A stretch of 56,487 nucleotides of DNA, filler included, from Squatina squatina (taxonomy: Eukaryota): NCBI GenBank assembly GCA_031763465.1. It is 3 parts of 3 records of this genome, joined end to end, with 100 filler letters (N's around TTAATTAATTAA, not from the genome) between each part and the next. Parts side by side here need not be neighbours in the genome. Positions count along the whole stretch, not along the records: positions 1 to 19,759 come from JARFOE010000080.1; 2 more parts are not named here. One strand, written 5' to 3'. Of the stretch, positions 1 through 12,389 are shown piece by piece. The position numbers and the translations under genes are program-made. Within the stretch, counting starts at the first letter, position 1; the number at the start of each line of letters is the position of its first letter. Under the pieces are notes generated by a model. That model ran no database searches, was not told the DNA's origin, and saw only the letters and a program-made list of their open reading frames with translations.

Positions 1-346
1 GAAGATGGAGAGCAAGATACACAAGCCTATGACATGTCCTTTTTAGTTCATTTATTTTTTTTAACTGCTAAGTTTTCCCATTAGAATCAAACTAGAAGAA
101 TAATTTTACATGTTTCTAGCATATAATGCAATCTTACATGGAAACCTTATGTAGTGGGACACAGGAAGGCCAGGTCACTGTAGAGAAGCACCAAAATTAC
201 AATGACAGAAAGTTCTTAGCACCATGTGCTATTGTCTGTTGTTGCCACAGAGAAGAGAAAATTGTCCTTATTAGAATTCAGTTTATTAACATGTTAATAA
301 TGCAGTTTATTAACACTATCATAAATAGTGCTCTATATGCATTCAC

Positions 347-511
347 CTGGTAATACCAGCCTTGATCATCGAGATCAGAAGTTGCAGTTTGGGATATATT
401 CAGGCACTCTGCGTTGCCTGTGTAGTTATAATATATATTCACAGCTTGAAAGATATTCTGTAGTAGTGCCTCTGCTGGTAGTGAGGGATCCTTAAGAAAG
501 GTGCAAACAAC
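347..511 (-). CDS. PRCP: Lysosomal Pro-X carboxypeptidase, one internal coding exon (55 aa, phase 0/0); other exons not found
   Basis: Manual translation (not in the ORF track) gives VVCTFLKDPSLPAEALLQNIFQAVNIYYNYTGNAECLNISQTATSDLDDQGWYYQ, matching recalled human PRCP VVCQYLKNPNVSDSLLLQNIFQALNVYYNYSGQVKCLNISETATSSLGTLGWSYQ. Flanked by ttctcAG and GTgaat. Head-to-head with DDIAS as in other vertebrates. Confidence 0.93.
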
Positions 512-1515
512 CTGAGAAGAAATAATTTTAAAAATGGATTATCCAACATGTCTTAGAAGATAGATTCGTCAGATTTTAAGCAAAGCTTGCACATTCACCT
601 TTGATAAGATTCGTAAAATGCAGGCATATGCACAGACAAACTTGAAAATGTGTCTATTTTATCCCCTCCCCACCCCTACCCAGTATCCCCACTGAGCTGT
701 AAAATGCTGAATTATTTTAGTTCTCCAATACCTAGGATTTTATGTACTCCTCTGCACATAAAGTTTTAAAAGACCTTGACAGGTCACAGCAATCCCNNNN
801 NNNNNNNNNNNNNNNNNNNNNNNNNNNNNNNNNNNNNNNNNNNNNNNNNNNNNNNNNNNNNNNNNNNNNNNNNNNNNNNNNNNNNNNNNNNNNNNNTAAT
901 TGTGTCTTATTTTAGGTAATTTTATACCCAAACATCATTTGGCTTGACAACTGGTGTCACATAATAGGTCAAGAATTTCATCATCTGGTCAACTAATGCA
1001 CCCAAAAATCTGCTTTTCCTACAGGATTTTTCCTTCACAAATAAACTATACAAAAATAATTAGAATTCACACTGGAATTTTTTTTCAAGTGTACCTTACA
1101 TTTTAACAGAACTATGATATTCCTTTGTGTCTACATATAAACACAATTTGTAATGTCTTTACCTCAATGATCGACCATAGATTCATTTGAACCAAAAGAG
1201 AATTGTTTAAAAACCAAACTAAGTACAAAATGGAAGCCAATTATTTTACTTCAAAACTGTACATTCAAAAACAGTTCAAAATTCTGTGCTGTTCTAAATT
1301 ACATTCAAGTGTTAAACTTGAAGTCAAAGATTTGCCTCCCATAGGTGATTTTATGATTTCTTTCCCTTCCCCTCCCAAACTAATACTCACCCAACAACAA
1401 TGTTTGGATACTTCANNNNNNNNNNNNNNNNNNNNNNNNNNNNNNNNNNNNNNNNNNNNNNNNNNNNNNNNNNNNNNNNNNNNNNNNNNNNNNNNNNNNN
1501 NNNNNNNNNNNNNNN

Positions 1516-1650
1516 GTATTAGACAAGGGTATTAAAGGTTATGAAACCAGGGCGGGTAGATGGAGTTAAGATACAGAGCAGCCATGATCTAGCTGAATGG
1601 CGGAACAGGCTCAAGGGGCTGAATTGCCTCCTCCTGTTCCTGTGTTCCAG
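1516..1650 (+). mobile_element. CR1 LINE 3' end
   Basis: gccatgatctagctgaatggcggaacaggctcaaggggctgaattgcctcctcctgttcct is a typical CR1 3' terminus, similar to 43540-43630. Confidence 0.7.
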
Positions 1651-2054
1651 TTGTTGGTTTGTAAACATCATCTGATCGTGTCCCAGTTTCATTCTCTCCT
1701 GAGCTTTTACTTTATATACGATGTAGCTGTTGTTTTTTTTAAGTATTCATTTAGCTTTCGATGAGTTGCTGCAGGTTTACAACGTTGCCCTACACACTTT
1801 TTTGTGAGCCAATGACTTACAGAAATGTTGCAAGTTTTGATTGCAGTAGATTGCAGCATTACTCATTATACAATACTCACTGTAATAAGAAGTTATAAAT
1901 GCCACAAGTTTATTCATCAACTGCTCAGCCAAAGAATTCCTATTGTTGAATGTCTGGACACAGATTCCATTAACAAATGTGTTAATATACTTCGGCAATA
2001 ATTTGAAAAACAGCTGCTTTTTCAACTTTCAAGAATGTTCTTATTTCTAGTCTG

Positions 2055-2407
2055 AATCCCTCCATGGACTCACCCCCTCCCTATCTCTGTAACCTCCTAC
2101 AACCCTTTGAGATGTCTGTGCTCCTCCAATTCTGGCCTCTTGCGCATCCCCCATTTTCATCACTCCACCATTGGTGGCTATGCCTTCAGCTGTCTGGGCC
2201 CTAAGCTCTGGAATTCCCTCCCTAAACTTCTCCACCTCTCTCATCCTTTGAGTCACTCCTTAAAACCTACCTCTTTGACCACACTTCTGCCCTAATATCT
2301 CCTTATGTGGCTCAGTGTCAAGGTCTGTCTGATTATGCACCTGTGAAGCACCTTGGGGCATTTTACTACGTTAAAGGTGCTATATAAATGCAAGTTGTTG
2401 CTGTTGC
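2055..2407 (+). mobile_element. L2-type LINE 3' end
   Basis: Encodes degenerate GGYAFSCLGPKLWNSLP and ends gctatataaatgcaagttgttgctgttg. Homologous to copies at 5913, 33000 and 37779. Confidence 0.75.
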
Positions 2408-4462
2408 TCTGGTCAGACCTTAAATACTGCATCCATTTCTGATCACCAAGAAATAAGTAATTCAAGTGCTTAAGATTCTAAAAGAGAAGCATTGGTAAAA
2501 CATAATTACAATTAAACAACTGAAAGTGAACATGACATTTCCTAATAACCTCTACATATTTCAAAATATGTCCATGTGAACAAAGTTATTTTTATAAATA
2601 GCTAAACATTATAAAGAGCACAATTAGGGAATCAACACAAAGTGAGCTCATACATATGCTTGGGCACATTCACCACATACAGCATCGGACAATTTGGGAA
2701 GATGGCTGAAATGCAGCAAAATCAGAGCAAGACCACCTCTTGCCAGTGGATTTGAAGACTGTTGTGACTTTGTCCTGTTTATGCTACACCAATGNNNNNN
2801 NNNNNNNNNNNNNNNNNNNNNNNNNNNNNNNNNNNNNNNNNNNNNNNNNNNNNNNNNNNNNNNNNNNNNNNNNNNNNNNNNNNNNNNNNNNNNNNNNNNN
2901 NNNNNNNNNNNNNNNNNNNNNNNNNNNNNNNNNNNNNNNNNNNNNNNNNNNNNNNNNNNNNNNNNNNNNNNNNNNNNNNNNNNNNNNNNNNNNNNNNNNN
3001 NNNNNNNNNNNNNNNNNNNNNNNNNNNNNNNNNNNNNNNNNNNNNNNNNNNNNNNNNNNNNNNNNNNNNNNNNNNNNNNNNNNNNNNNNNNNNNNNNNNN
3101 NNNNNNNNNNNNNNNNNNNNNNNNNNNNNNNNNNNNNNNNNNNNNNNNNNNNNNNNNNNNNNNNNNNNNNNNNNNNNNNNNNNNNNNNNNNNNNNNNNNN
3201 NNNNNNNNNNNNNNNNNNNNNNNNNNNNCCCTAGTCATGAACCTCAGTTATACAGCAGCCCAGAGTTCTAACCCAGGCTCACCATTTACCGCCAACTGTT
3301 TCATGAAATTGCCCCATTCATACTCCAAGATGTGTTAAAAAGGATAAGAAACACACATGGCTGCCCATGTCCGCAGTGCTCTTATATTGTGTTCATCTCC
3401 CACTTATTCCACTCCTTCTGCCCTACATACGAAGTTTCAAAATCAAAACCAACAAAAGAATAAACATTTATATTTGTGCGATTGCATGCCTACACAGATT
3501 CTCTTCTCCCGTCCGTGCCCGCTCTTTTTCTCTCCCCCCTCTCATTCCATTCACTTGCGTGTTATTTTAAAATTTACTGCCTTGAGAATAGAAGCAGAAG
3601 CAGTCACAAAATCTTTTTGAGGCTGTGGGAATTTGGCAGTGAAACCTGCCCGGCTCCACATGCCTCTTCTGGTGGGTTTCACTGACTCAATTCAAACATA
3701 GTTAATTCAGGAAGTTTATAGCGGTAGCAGGAGTTGGGTTTTCTGTACATGCAACTCACATTTGTCACCATAAACAGGCCGTCAACCACACAGAAGTGCC
3801 GTAGCTGTTCCATTCCATCTGCCTAACTCAGNNNNNNNNNNNNNNNNNNNNNNNNNNNNNNNNNNNNNNNNNNNNNNNNNNNNNNNNNNNNNNNNNNNNN
3901 NNNNNNNNNNNNNNNNNNNNNNNNNNNNNNNATATTTGCATACAAAACAACAGTGATTACACTTCTGAAGTACATTGGCTGTGAAGTGCTTTGCGATGTC
4001 CTGTGAAAGGTACTTGTAAATGAAAATATGATTGTTTTCTTAAAAACACTTTTTCCTGTGCTTTGTTCTTTTATGCCATAAATGCATTTCCCATGATTTT
4101 CTTTACAAAATAATTTGTTGTTCAGGGAAAGGAGTTTCATTTCAAGTGGATAGTGGCTTCAGCAATCATATTGTGGTTCCTTCTGCTGTTTTAATCCACT
4201 GTTACAGGAAAATAGTATTGGTCATCTGAGGTTTGTAACCATGAAATCCATGGCCAAGGCTTTGTAGCCTGAACACTTTTGTACTGAAGACAAACCCAAA
4301 TCGATATCAGTCTATCATCAGTCGACCAACTACAAACATTGTTATCCATTCCATATTTGAACATTTTTACTGAAACATTTCAACTATATTGACTCTAAAT
4401 CTAATACCAACACGTTATTAACTCTATATTCTTGTGTTGCATTCTTGTCCCCAGGGAACCAC

Positions 4463-4575
4463 ATGAATGTGAAGAGATCCTTTGTTGTTGGCTCAATATT
4501 GTGTCTTCATGACACTTGTTTTCTGTATCCAGCTTGTCAGAAATGTGGATCTCGGTTACTGTTCAATCTTGGCAG
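4463..4575 (+). CDS. DDIAS: DNA damage-induced apoptosis suppressor (noxin), first coding exon (exon starts at 4455)
   Basis: MNVKRSFVVGSILCLHDTCFLYPACQKCGSRLLFNLG resembles the human DDIAS N-terminus (FIYPSCQKCFSR). Acceptor ccccAG at 4453-4454; donor GTatga at 4576; syntenic position. Confidence 0.88.
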
Positions 4576-4772
4576 GTATGAAGTTAAGGTGGCTAAATGT
4601 TTTCAGATGAAAATAATATTACAGTACATGGCAGACTTTCATGTGTTTTCTATCTTTGTCTAATTTTCTTCTNNNNNNNNNNNNNNNNNNNNNNNNNNNN
4701 NNNNNNNNNNNNNNNNNNNNNNNNNNNNNNNNNNNNNNNNNNNNNNNNNNNNNNNNNNNNNNNNNNNNNNNN

Positions 4773-5420
4773 GCTTTTAGACAAAGGCAAGTAGGTTTAT
4801 TTAAAAACGGTCAACTTAAGCAGCAATCACTTCAAATTCAAAACGTGTTTCAGCAGCAGTCTGGGAGCAATCAAACCTCTGTTTCATCAAATTCCTCTCT
4901 GTTAAGCAACAGCCTAATTAGCAAATCTTATGAGAGTGACTCTGATGAATGGATTCCACCTTCAACAACCAAAACTCAAAGAGTGTCATCTAATTTATCT
5001 TCATGTGTCTTTAATACACACAAATCACGAGGTGTTAAACTATTTACACATGTGTTATATGCCAATGGTGCTATGGAAACTGCTGACTCAAAGGCTACAA
5101 CAGAGGGCAACAAAGAGAATGACCGTCGCAACCAGTGCAGGGGAGACCTATACATGAAAAGACCACCTGCAGGAAAGCATACCAAACTATCAGTACAGCA
5201 AAAAGGATTCAACTCAACAAAGGTTCTTCAGAACAAAACAGAAAAACTTGGGCGACTTGTTTCTAGTGAAATTCAGATTAGGAAAGGTTTAAAAGTGAGT
5301 GACTGCACCCCAGCTGCTTTTCATTCATTTTATGCAAAGAGTGAGGCACCAAGTTGTTGCTCACCAGAACTATTTACAGCAAGTGCAGAGCTTTTTGAAG
5401 ATGAGTTACAGTCACTTTAG
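4773..5420 (+). CDS. DDIAS: DDIAS, 3' part of the large last coding exon (5' part lost in gap)
   Basis: Open 215-codon frame from the gap edge to TAG. Contains DSDEWIPP and SPELF, motifs recalled from the DDIAS C-terminus. Confidence 0.82.
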   Translation, partial: AFRQRQVGLFKNGQLKQQSLQIQNVFQQQSGSNQTSVSSNSSLLSNSLISKSYESDSDEWIPPSTTKTQRVSSNLSSCVFNTHKSRGVKLFTHVLYANGAMETADSKATTEGNKENDRRNQCRGDLYMKRPPAGKHTKLSVQQKGFNSTKVLQNKTEKLGRLVSSEIQIRKGLKVSDCTPAAFHSFYAKSEAPSCCSPELFTASAELFEDELQSL

Positions 5421-5912
5421 CACTGGTCAGAAACTCTTTTAAACTAAAAGAAGAGAACTACAACTTTTTTCTTTTCAGTAAGGAAGAAAATGAGTTGCTA
5501 CTTAATGCACTTTGCACTTTTTGTAACACAGATATTTGATAGGTGAATTTCTGAATGTTCTTCTGATCGTCCCCCGTAACTTTGGTGGAAGAGCTGCGAA
5601 AAACTCTGAAAAAGCTTTTCCTGCAGCCAAGCGGGACTATCTCTGCAGAAATTCATCCCATGGTATCTCTCTTGATCCATCTGTTAATTCTTTATATTAA
5701 AAGATAATCTGAACTATACAAATCTGCAACTAGTACTGACTTAAAGGAATTTTTCACTAACCCTAAGAAAAGATGCCTCTCTCTTGTTTAATGGTGATCT
5801 CTTGATTACTTTCAAAACTGCTTGAAATTTATTGGTTCTAGAGGTAAATGTTTTTTCCAGATCTCGATATATGCTGGGGAATTAGGCCCATAATTGGCAA
5901 ATTACATTTAAA

Positions 5913-6297
5913 AATAACAACTTGCATTTATATAGCACCTTTAAAGTAGTAAAACGTCCCAAGGTGCTTCACAGGAGCATTATCAAAAACATTTTGACAC
6001 TAAGCCACATACGGCAATGTTGGGGCAGATGGGCAAAAGCTTGGTCCAAGAGGTAGGTTTTAAGGAGCATCTTCAAGGAGGAAAGAGAAGTGGAAAGGCG
6101 GAGAGGTTTAGGTTGGAGCCAAAGCACCTGTAGGCACGGCTGCCAATGGTGGTGCGATTAAAATCAGGGATGCACAAGAGGCCAGAATTGGAGAAGCACA
6201 GATATCTCAAAGGGTGTAGGTGCTTACAAAGATAGGGAGGGGCGAGGCCATGGATGGATTTGAAAACCAGGATGAGAATTTTAAAACTGAGGCGTTA
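5913..6297 (-). mobile_element. L2-type LINE 3' end
   Basis: Reverse-complement homolog of 2055-2407. Confidence 0.75.
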
Positions 6298-7071
6298 AAA
6301 TTTAACTTAGAAAAGTGCAGTGTTCTGCGTGTGGGCAGTTTTAAGGCTGAACATGCGTACGCCCTTTAGGCAAAAGAACTAAAACCAGTGGTGAAAGAAA
6401 GAGAGCTGAGTGTTCTAGTACATCAATCTCTGANNNNNNNNNNNNNNNNNNNNNNNNNNNNNNNNNNNNNNNNNNNNNNNNNNNNNNNNNNNNNNNNNNN
6501 NNNNNNNNNNNNNNNNNNNNNNNNNNNNNNNNNTACCTAGGGATTTACTCTACTAGATTTGGTGCATTGTCAGCTTTAAATGGGGGGCTGTAACTTGGTT
6601 ATAACATAGGATAACACATTCATAGAAATGCCTAATAAATAGTTCAATAATTCAGAATTCTACCTAGACTAGGATATAAAAGCTACAGTGTGCTAGGTGG
6701 TTTTCCATGGTCATATTTTCATTGTGGTTCAACATACATCAGCAATGTTGCAGTATTCACACACCTGTTAGTACTTCATTTAATTCCTGCTTAGTGAATA
6801 AAAGGGTGTAGTTCATTTCAGGTGCTTTTTATGCCATTTCAATGATCTACAGTTAATACATTCACCTGAAGACAGCAGCGTTTGAAAATGTTGGAGGTAA
6901 TTAACAACATGACTAACGAATTCCCCGCAGGAAAAATATGGTGATCCAGTGCTTTCCACTAACCAAATTTCCACACAATTTTATATTCCATACGTTACAG
7001 TGGGTTAATATTTAAGCATCAGCTCCATGACCAACACTATGTGCAGCCCTGATGGCACATCCAATTTATAT

Positions 7072-7400
7072 AAACCAGGAAGGTTGCAGGTTTAATGCTT
7101 AGTGTGTGGTGAATCAGTCAGTCTCAGCAAGAACTGCGATACAGGGACCACGATTGACCTCCGTGTCCTCTAGTGTGGGAATGGGAGTACAAAGACAGTC
7201 AAGGTCCCTTCTCTAAATCACTCTCAAATTGCTGTTGACTATGTTCATGTGATGTGTGGATGCCAGAAGAGGACTGGGCTCAGTTGTGATGACACCCGAC
7301 CATGAAGGAATAACGTGTTGGTGCTTACAGTCATGCATGATTAATAGAGCCCCTTGGGCAGGAGAACATTGCGCCTGAGAAAATGTATCCCAACATGAAT
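7072..7400 (+). mobile_element. Degenerate SINE-like interspersed repeat
   Basis: Decayed B-box-like head (ccaggaaggttgcaggtttaat) and a body resembling a recalled shark SINE; family not assigned. Confidence 0.35.
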
Positions 7401-8456
7401 CGCCACCTTCAGGAAAGGTTGTGTAACAGTTGGAGAAGAAAAATAACTGAATACAGGGAAGATTTTGCCTGACTGTTGTTATGTGTAGCAAAATCAGAAA
7501 TGTTTTATAAAATAAAATATATGTTTTATAATTTTACAACTTTGCTACATAACAGACAAAATCTTCCCTGATCGTCTTTTAAGAATTACAGAAGCAGACC
7601 TAAACCTCATGACTTAAGTTAAAATAGGAACATAACAGCTACGGTACAGTGAAATGCAGTAAGTGGCTCAATCAATAACATACGCAAGATGAACAGAGAC
7701 AAAAAAGATAATGTCTGAGCTAGCTGCACAAATTCTACTCAGGTGATGAAAAGCATCTTTGTGTGTGGCTGGGAACAGAGGTTAGCAAAATNNNNNNNNN
7801 NNNNNNNNNNNNNNNNNNNNNNNNNNNNNNNNNNNNNNNNNNNNNNNNNNNNNNNNNNNNNNNNNNNNNNNNNNNNNNNNNNNNNNNNNNNAACATAGGG
7901 CTATTTAAAAAGGACTTAACGATCACATGCAGTGCTTATAACAAAATGCACAATTTCCATACATACTAACCACCTCAATTCTCAAAGTAAAATGACTCAA
8001 TTAAAAACGCATCGAGCACCAACACATTGTTTGAAGCATGGAACTATCAAGACCTCAATAGTTAAAAGCAAATCCAAATACTGTATCATCTTCTACATTT
8101 CAAGTTACTCTTTTTAGTTAACTATTAATACCAGCCTTCATTGTTTAAGAAGCAGCAAATTGACAAATTCTGTGCATCAAATAAGCATTTGACAGAGCTA
8201 CTTCAAAAGCACAAAGCTGTGATGATTTTTTAAAAAATAATTCTAGATCTTGTAGTGTTACTTTTACTTAGGCAATCTGGAGCACAAAAGCTTTCTACAC
8301 TTGTGTGTTTTTTTTTAAAATATCAGCCTGCCATGCTGAAGCCCAGAAAATCACCTTAAGCTTTGGTCAATAAGGTAAGAAATGCAGGAATTTTCTTTTC
8401 CATAAGAATACCCCTGCAAAGCGTCAGCTCAATTTAATGGTTAGTGTTCATGGGAT

Positions 8457-8707
8457 CTAATTAAAGTTGCAGCAGTTCAAGTAGCTAATGCTTCTGCCTT
8501 CACCAGGCAAAGGAGATGCTACATTATTGACCAGTGTGTGCTGCTTTGCCTCACCAATCAACTGGCACGCAAGGTCAAGGAACAGTTTTTCAACATTGTC
8601 GGACTCTTTTGCTGATGTTTCCAGGTAATGCATATTTTGAGATTCGGAGAATTCTTCAGCCCTTTCTCTGGATACTTCTCGTTTCTCTGCTAAGTCAATC
8701 TTGTTGC
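8457..8707 (-). CDS. RAB30: Rab30, last coding exon
   Basis: (G)NKIDLAEKREVSRERAEEFSESQNMHYLETSAKESDNVEKLFLDLACQLIGEAKQHTLVNNVASPLPGEGRSISYLNCCNFN*. Has G4 NKID, G5 ETSAK and a di-Cys prenylation tail. Acceptor tttcacAG. Confidence 0.97.
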
Positions 8708-8769
8708 CTGTGAAAGGGGAAAGGGGGATAATTTAGAACATTGTCACAGAAACAAATATCAATGCTAGA

Positions 8770-9132
8770 TGTCAGCCTTCGCGCAGTGGTAGCACTCCTG
8801 CCTCTCAAATCAGAAGGTTTTGGGTTCAAGTCAGTGCAGTCTTTCGGAAGAAACATTAAACATAACCCATTAGATGGGTGTAAAAGATCCCATGGCAATA
8901 TTTGAAGAGGAGCAGGGCAGATGTCACAGCCAATAGTTAACAGTTAACCAACGTCACTAAAATAGATGATCTAGTCATTTATTTCATTGCTGTTTGTGGG
9001 AGCTTGCTGTGCATAAATAGCCTGTCACGTTTCCCTACAATACAACAGTGACTGCAGTTCAAATGTATTTCATTGACCATGAAACAATTTGGATACAATG
9101 AAAGATGCTAAATAAATGCAAGTTTATTCTTT
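8770..9132 (+). mobile_element. tRNA-derived DeuSINE (SacSINE1/AmnSINE1-like)
   Basis: A/B-box head (cagtggtagcac...gggttcaagtc), Deu-like core (aaagatcccatggca...ttgctgtttgtgggagcttgctgtgc) and L2-like tail. Confidence 0.75.
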
Positions 9133-9237
9133 ACTTCTCTATTCATGATGGAGCAGTACAGTGAGTGTTAAGTTAACAATCAGCATGAATGACTGGTGTA
9201 CTGTCCCGTATTTCGAGCGTCATCACTCGACTCCGCT

Positions 9238-10380
9238 CTGTACAGCACAGAAACAGGCCATTCGGCCCAACCAGTTCATGCCCCACTCAAGCCTCCACCC
9301 ATCCTTCCTCATCTAACCATCAGCATAACCCTCTATTCCCTTCTCCCTCATGTGTTTATCCAGCTCCCCCTTAAATGTACCTATAATATTCACATCAACC
9401 ACTCCCTGTGGGAGCGAGTTCCACATTCTCACCACCCTCTGGGTAAAGAAGTTCCTTCTGAATGGTGACTATCTTATTTTGATAGACTTTAGTTTTGCTC
9501 TTCCCCACAAGTGGAAACACTCGCCCTGTGTCGACTTTATCAAAACCTTTCATAATTTTAAAGACCTCTGTTAGGTCAGACCTCAGCCTTTTTTCAAGAT
9601 AAAATTGAGCCAGCNNNNNNNNNNAGAACTGTGCACAGTGCTCCCAAGTGTGGTCTATACAAGGCTCGATACAAGTTTAGTGTAACTTCTCTACTTTTCA
9701 ATTCAATCCCTCTAGAGATAAACCTGAGTGCTTGGTTTGCTTTTTTGTGGTCTTATTAACGTGCATCGTTACTTTTAGTGATTCGTGTATTTGTACTGCT
9801 AGATCCCTTTGCTCCTCTATCTCATTGAGATTATTTTCCAAGTAATATGTGACCTCCTTATTTTTCTCACCAAAATGTAATAGCTCACACTTACCTATGT
9901 TGAAATGCATTTGCCAACCACATGCCCATTCTGCAAAGTTTATTAATGTCTTCTTGTAATTTGTTGCAGTCCTCCTCACTATTGGCTGCTCCGCCCCCAA
10001 TTTGCCATCATCCTCAAATTTAGAAATTGTGTTTTTGATTCCAAGGTCTAAAAACATTAATATAAATTTTAAACAACAGTGGTCCCAGCATTGATCCTTG
10101 TGGGACCCACTTCCCACCTTCTGCCACTCTGAATAGCTACCCTTTACCCCTACTCTCTGCTTTCTGTCTTGCAGTCAAGTTAGCTACTTGTCCCCTGACT
10201 CCGCACGCTCTGACCTTATTCATTAGTCTATTACATGGCACCTCATCGAAGGCCTTTTGGAAATCTATCTAAATTACATCTACTGTATTATCCTTGTCTA
10301 CTCTCTCTGTTACCTCTTGAATTAATTCAATGAGGTTGGTCAAGCAATACTTTCCTTTTTGAAATCCCTGCTGACTGTAC
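9238..10380 (-). mobile_element. CR1 LINE, 3' part (RT C-terminus and 3' end), degenerate
   Basis: Minus-strand ORF contains ISKFEDDGKLG (from FADDTKLG), WQMHFNIGKCELLHFG and EQRDLAVQIH. CR1 3' terminus near 9245-9290. Confidence 0.85.
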
Positions 10381-10397
10381 ATAATTTTTGGTTTCTA

Positions 10398-11010
10398 GGG
10401 GGCTGAAAATTCCTTTTTTTTAACTCCATTAGCACTTCCGAGGGGCACTAACGGGGCGAAAAATTGAAATTCGGTGGGGCAAGGCAGTGATCTCACTGGG
10501 AAATTCCCTGGGGAGGTCCCGGATGCAGCAGGAATTTTGCAGTGGGTCAGTGCACCACAATATCAAAGAGAACACCGACCCCTTACAACCCTGCCGCAAC
10601 TCCTCATCGCTCCGGCTGCGCCCCGCGGGAGAAACTCCCCCGCGGGGTGCAAGGGCCACAAGTGTGGGTGCCAAGGACAGTTTCTAGTGATGCAAAGCTG
10701 CCATTGCCTTGGCCCTTTAAATGGGAGGAAGGTTCGTGCCAATGGTCGCCATCTTTTTGCGTCGGCCGACTCTTTGGTCGGTCGGTCGACCGACGGCGGC
10801 CTTGCTCCGACTGGGCCGCCGTCTACTTGCCCGGCATTGACGTCCCTGGTGACCCAGTAGCAGCCGTCAGGGCGCTGCTCATTTGGCCAGCGGCCCACCC
10901 CTTTAATGGAGAGGCTGGGGCCTCGGATGACATCAGTGCTCCGCGGACCACTGGCGTGCGCCGTGCTTCCAGCATCCCCATGTCAGCGCCGCCTGTGCAC
11001 CCCAGAAATT
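10398..11010 (+). mobile_element. GC-rich non-autonomous DNA-transposon-like repeat
   Basis: Starts GGGGGCTGAAAATT. Its first ~80 nt are homologous to the reverse complement of 36340-36419. CpG-rich with internal palindromes. Confidence 0.55.
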
Positions 11011-11399
11011 AGGTGGATAGTGCTGCAATACACAGTAGGCCCAATACTGCTGGAGGTGTGCATGGTCCAGNNNNNNNNNNNNNNNNNNNNNNNNNNNNNN
11101 NNNNNNNNNNNNNNNNNNNNNNNNNNNNNNNNNNNNNNNNNNNNNNNNNNNNNNNNNNNNNNNNNNNNNNCAAGTCTCCAATTGCAATTTCAGGCCCATG
11201 GTAAATGCGATAACAATAGTAGAATGTGATCGGGCATCACATGGTCAGAACGTCATGTGATTAAACCTCCAGCAATGTATCCAACCAGAGTTCCCCCAAC
11301 CCAACAACCAAACCCAGCATGATCCAAATCAACATTACAGATTGCAGGGCTGGGCAGCTCATTGACAATTCTTCAGCTTACAACTCCTCTGATATTGAA

Positions 11400-12078
11400 G
11401 CTGCCTATAGCAGTCAACAGCAGGACTTGGATAATATCCAGAATCGCGCTGATTAAGTGTCAGGAATTATTTCATGTCACGCAAGTGCCAGATAATGACC
11501 ATTTTAAAGAGAATACTCTCCCCATGGCCTTTAAATGGCACCAATATTTTGGAGGTCACCATTGGCCAGAAGCTGAACTGGACCAGCCGTATCAACACCA
11601 TGGTTACAGGAGCAGAACAGAGACGGGGTACTTTGCAATGAGTGGCTCATCTCCTGACCCTTTAAATGCCTCTCCACCATCCACAAAACTCAAATCAGGG
11701 GTGTGATTGAATACTTAATCTCTACCCCTGCACCTAGACTAACATTCACCCTCTCCAGCACTGGCACACTGCGGCTGTACAATATACAAGATGCACTGCA
11801 ACAACACACCAAGTTTACTTCAACAATAACTCCCTCCCCTGCAAACTCCACCAACAAAATAAGCAGCAATGTTGTGGGAACACCACCTCCAAGACACGCC
11901 ATCTTGTCTTGGACATACATTGCTGTTCCTTCATCGCCACTGGGTCAGAATTGTGGAATTCTCTACCATTGTGGGAACACCATCAGAAGGACTGCAGTGG
12001 TTCAAGGAGAAGATGCACCAACACCTTCTCAAGGCAAAAAATACAACCTTGCCCACGTCACAAGAACAAAAACAAAAT
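11400..12078 (+). mobile_element. Non-LTR retrotransposon 3' part (CR1/L2 group)
   Basis: Homologous to 21770-22185 and 24270-24758 (caagatgcactgca, ggactgcagtggttcaag, caccttctcaaggc). Confidence 0.7.
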
Positions 12079-12138
12079 GAAGGCTCACAATTATTGCTTT
12101 ATTAAAGATATATTCAAGGCACTGCTCTTCCGACTTAC

Positions 12139-12322
12139 CAACTAAAACAGTGGTAACTTTATTGCTAGCATACTGCTCAATCTCCCTCAGCCATTCAGGA
12201 AGACAGCGGAAAGATTCTTCACATGTGATATCATAGGTCAATATTAAGGCATTTGCACTGCGGTAATAGCTCTGCGTGATGGATCGAAATCGTTCTTGTC
12301 CAGCAGTATCCCAAATCTGGAG
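12139..12322 (-). CDS. RAB30: Rab30, third coding exon (184 nt)
   Basis: [61 protein letters not shown], with AG and GTaagt boundaries. Confidence 0.97.
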
Positions 12323-12389
12323 CTATGGGACAGAGACAAAAAAAAATTACAAATCAATCTGATTCACTGCAGAAAGAGGTGAAAACTTT

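Noticed and set aside
2648-3338. Long ORFs spanning N runs (also 23179-23943 and many 100-N gaps)
   Set aside because: Open only because N codons are not read as stops.
4641-4772. N-terminus of the 259-aa ORF as a real start
   Set aside because: Intronic sequence plus gap; only 4773-5420 is DDIAS coding.
10429-11012. Overlapping GC-rich ORFs on both strands
   Set aside because: Expected in a GC-rich repeat; no recognisable protein motifs.
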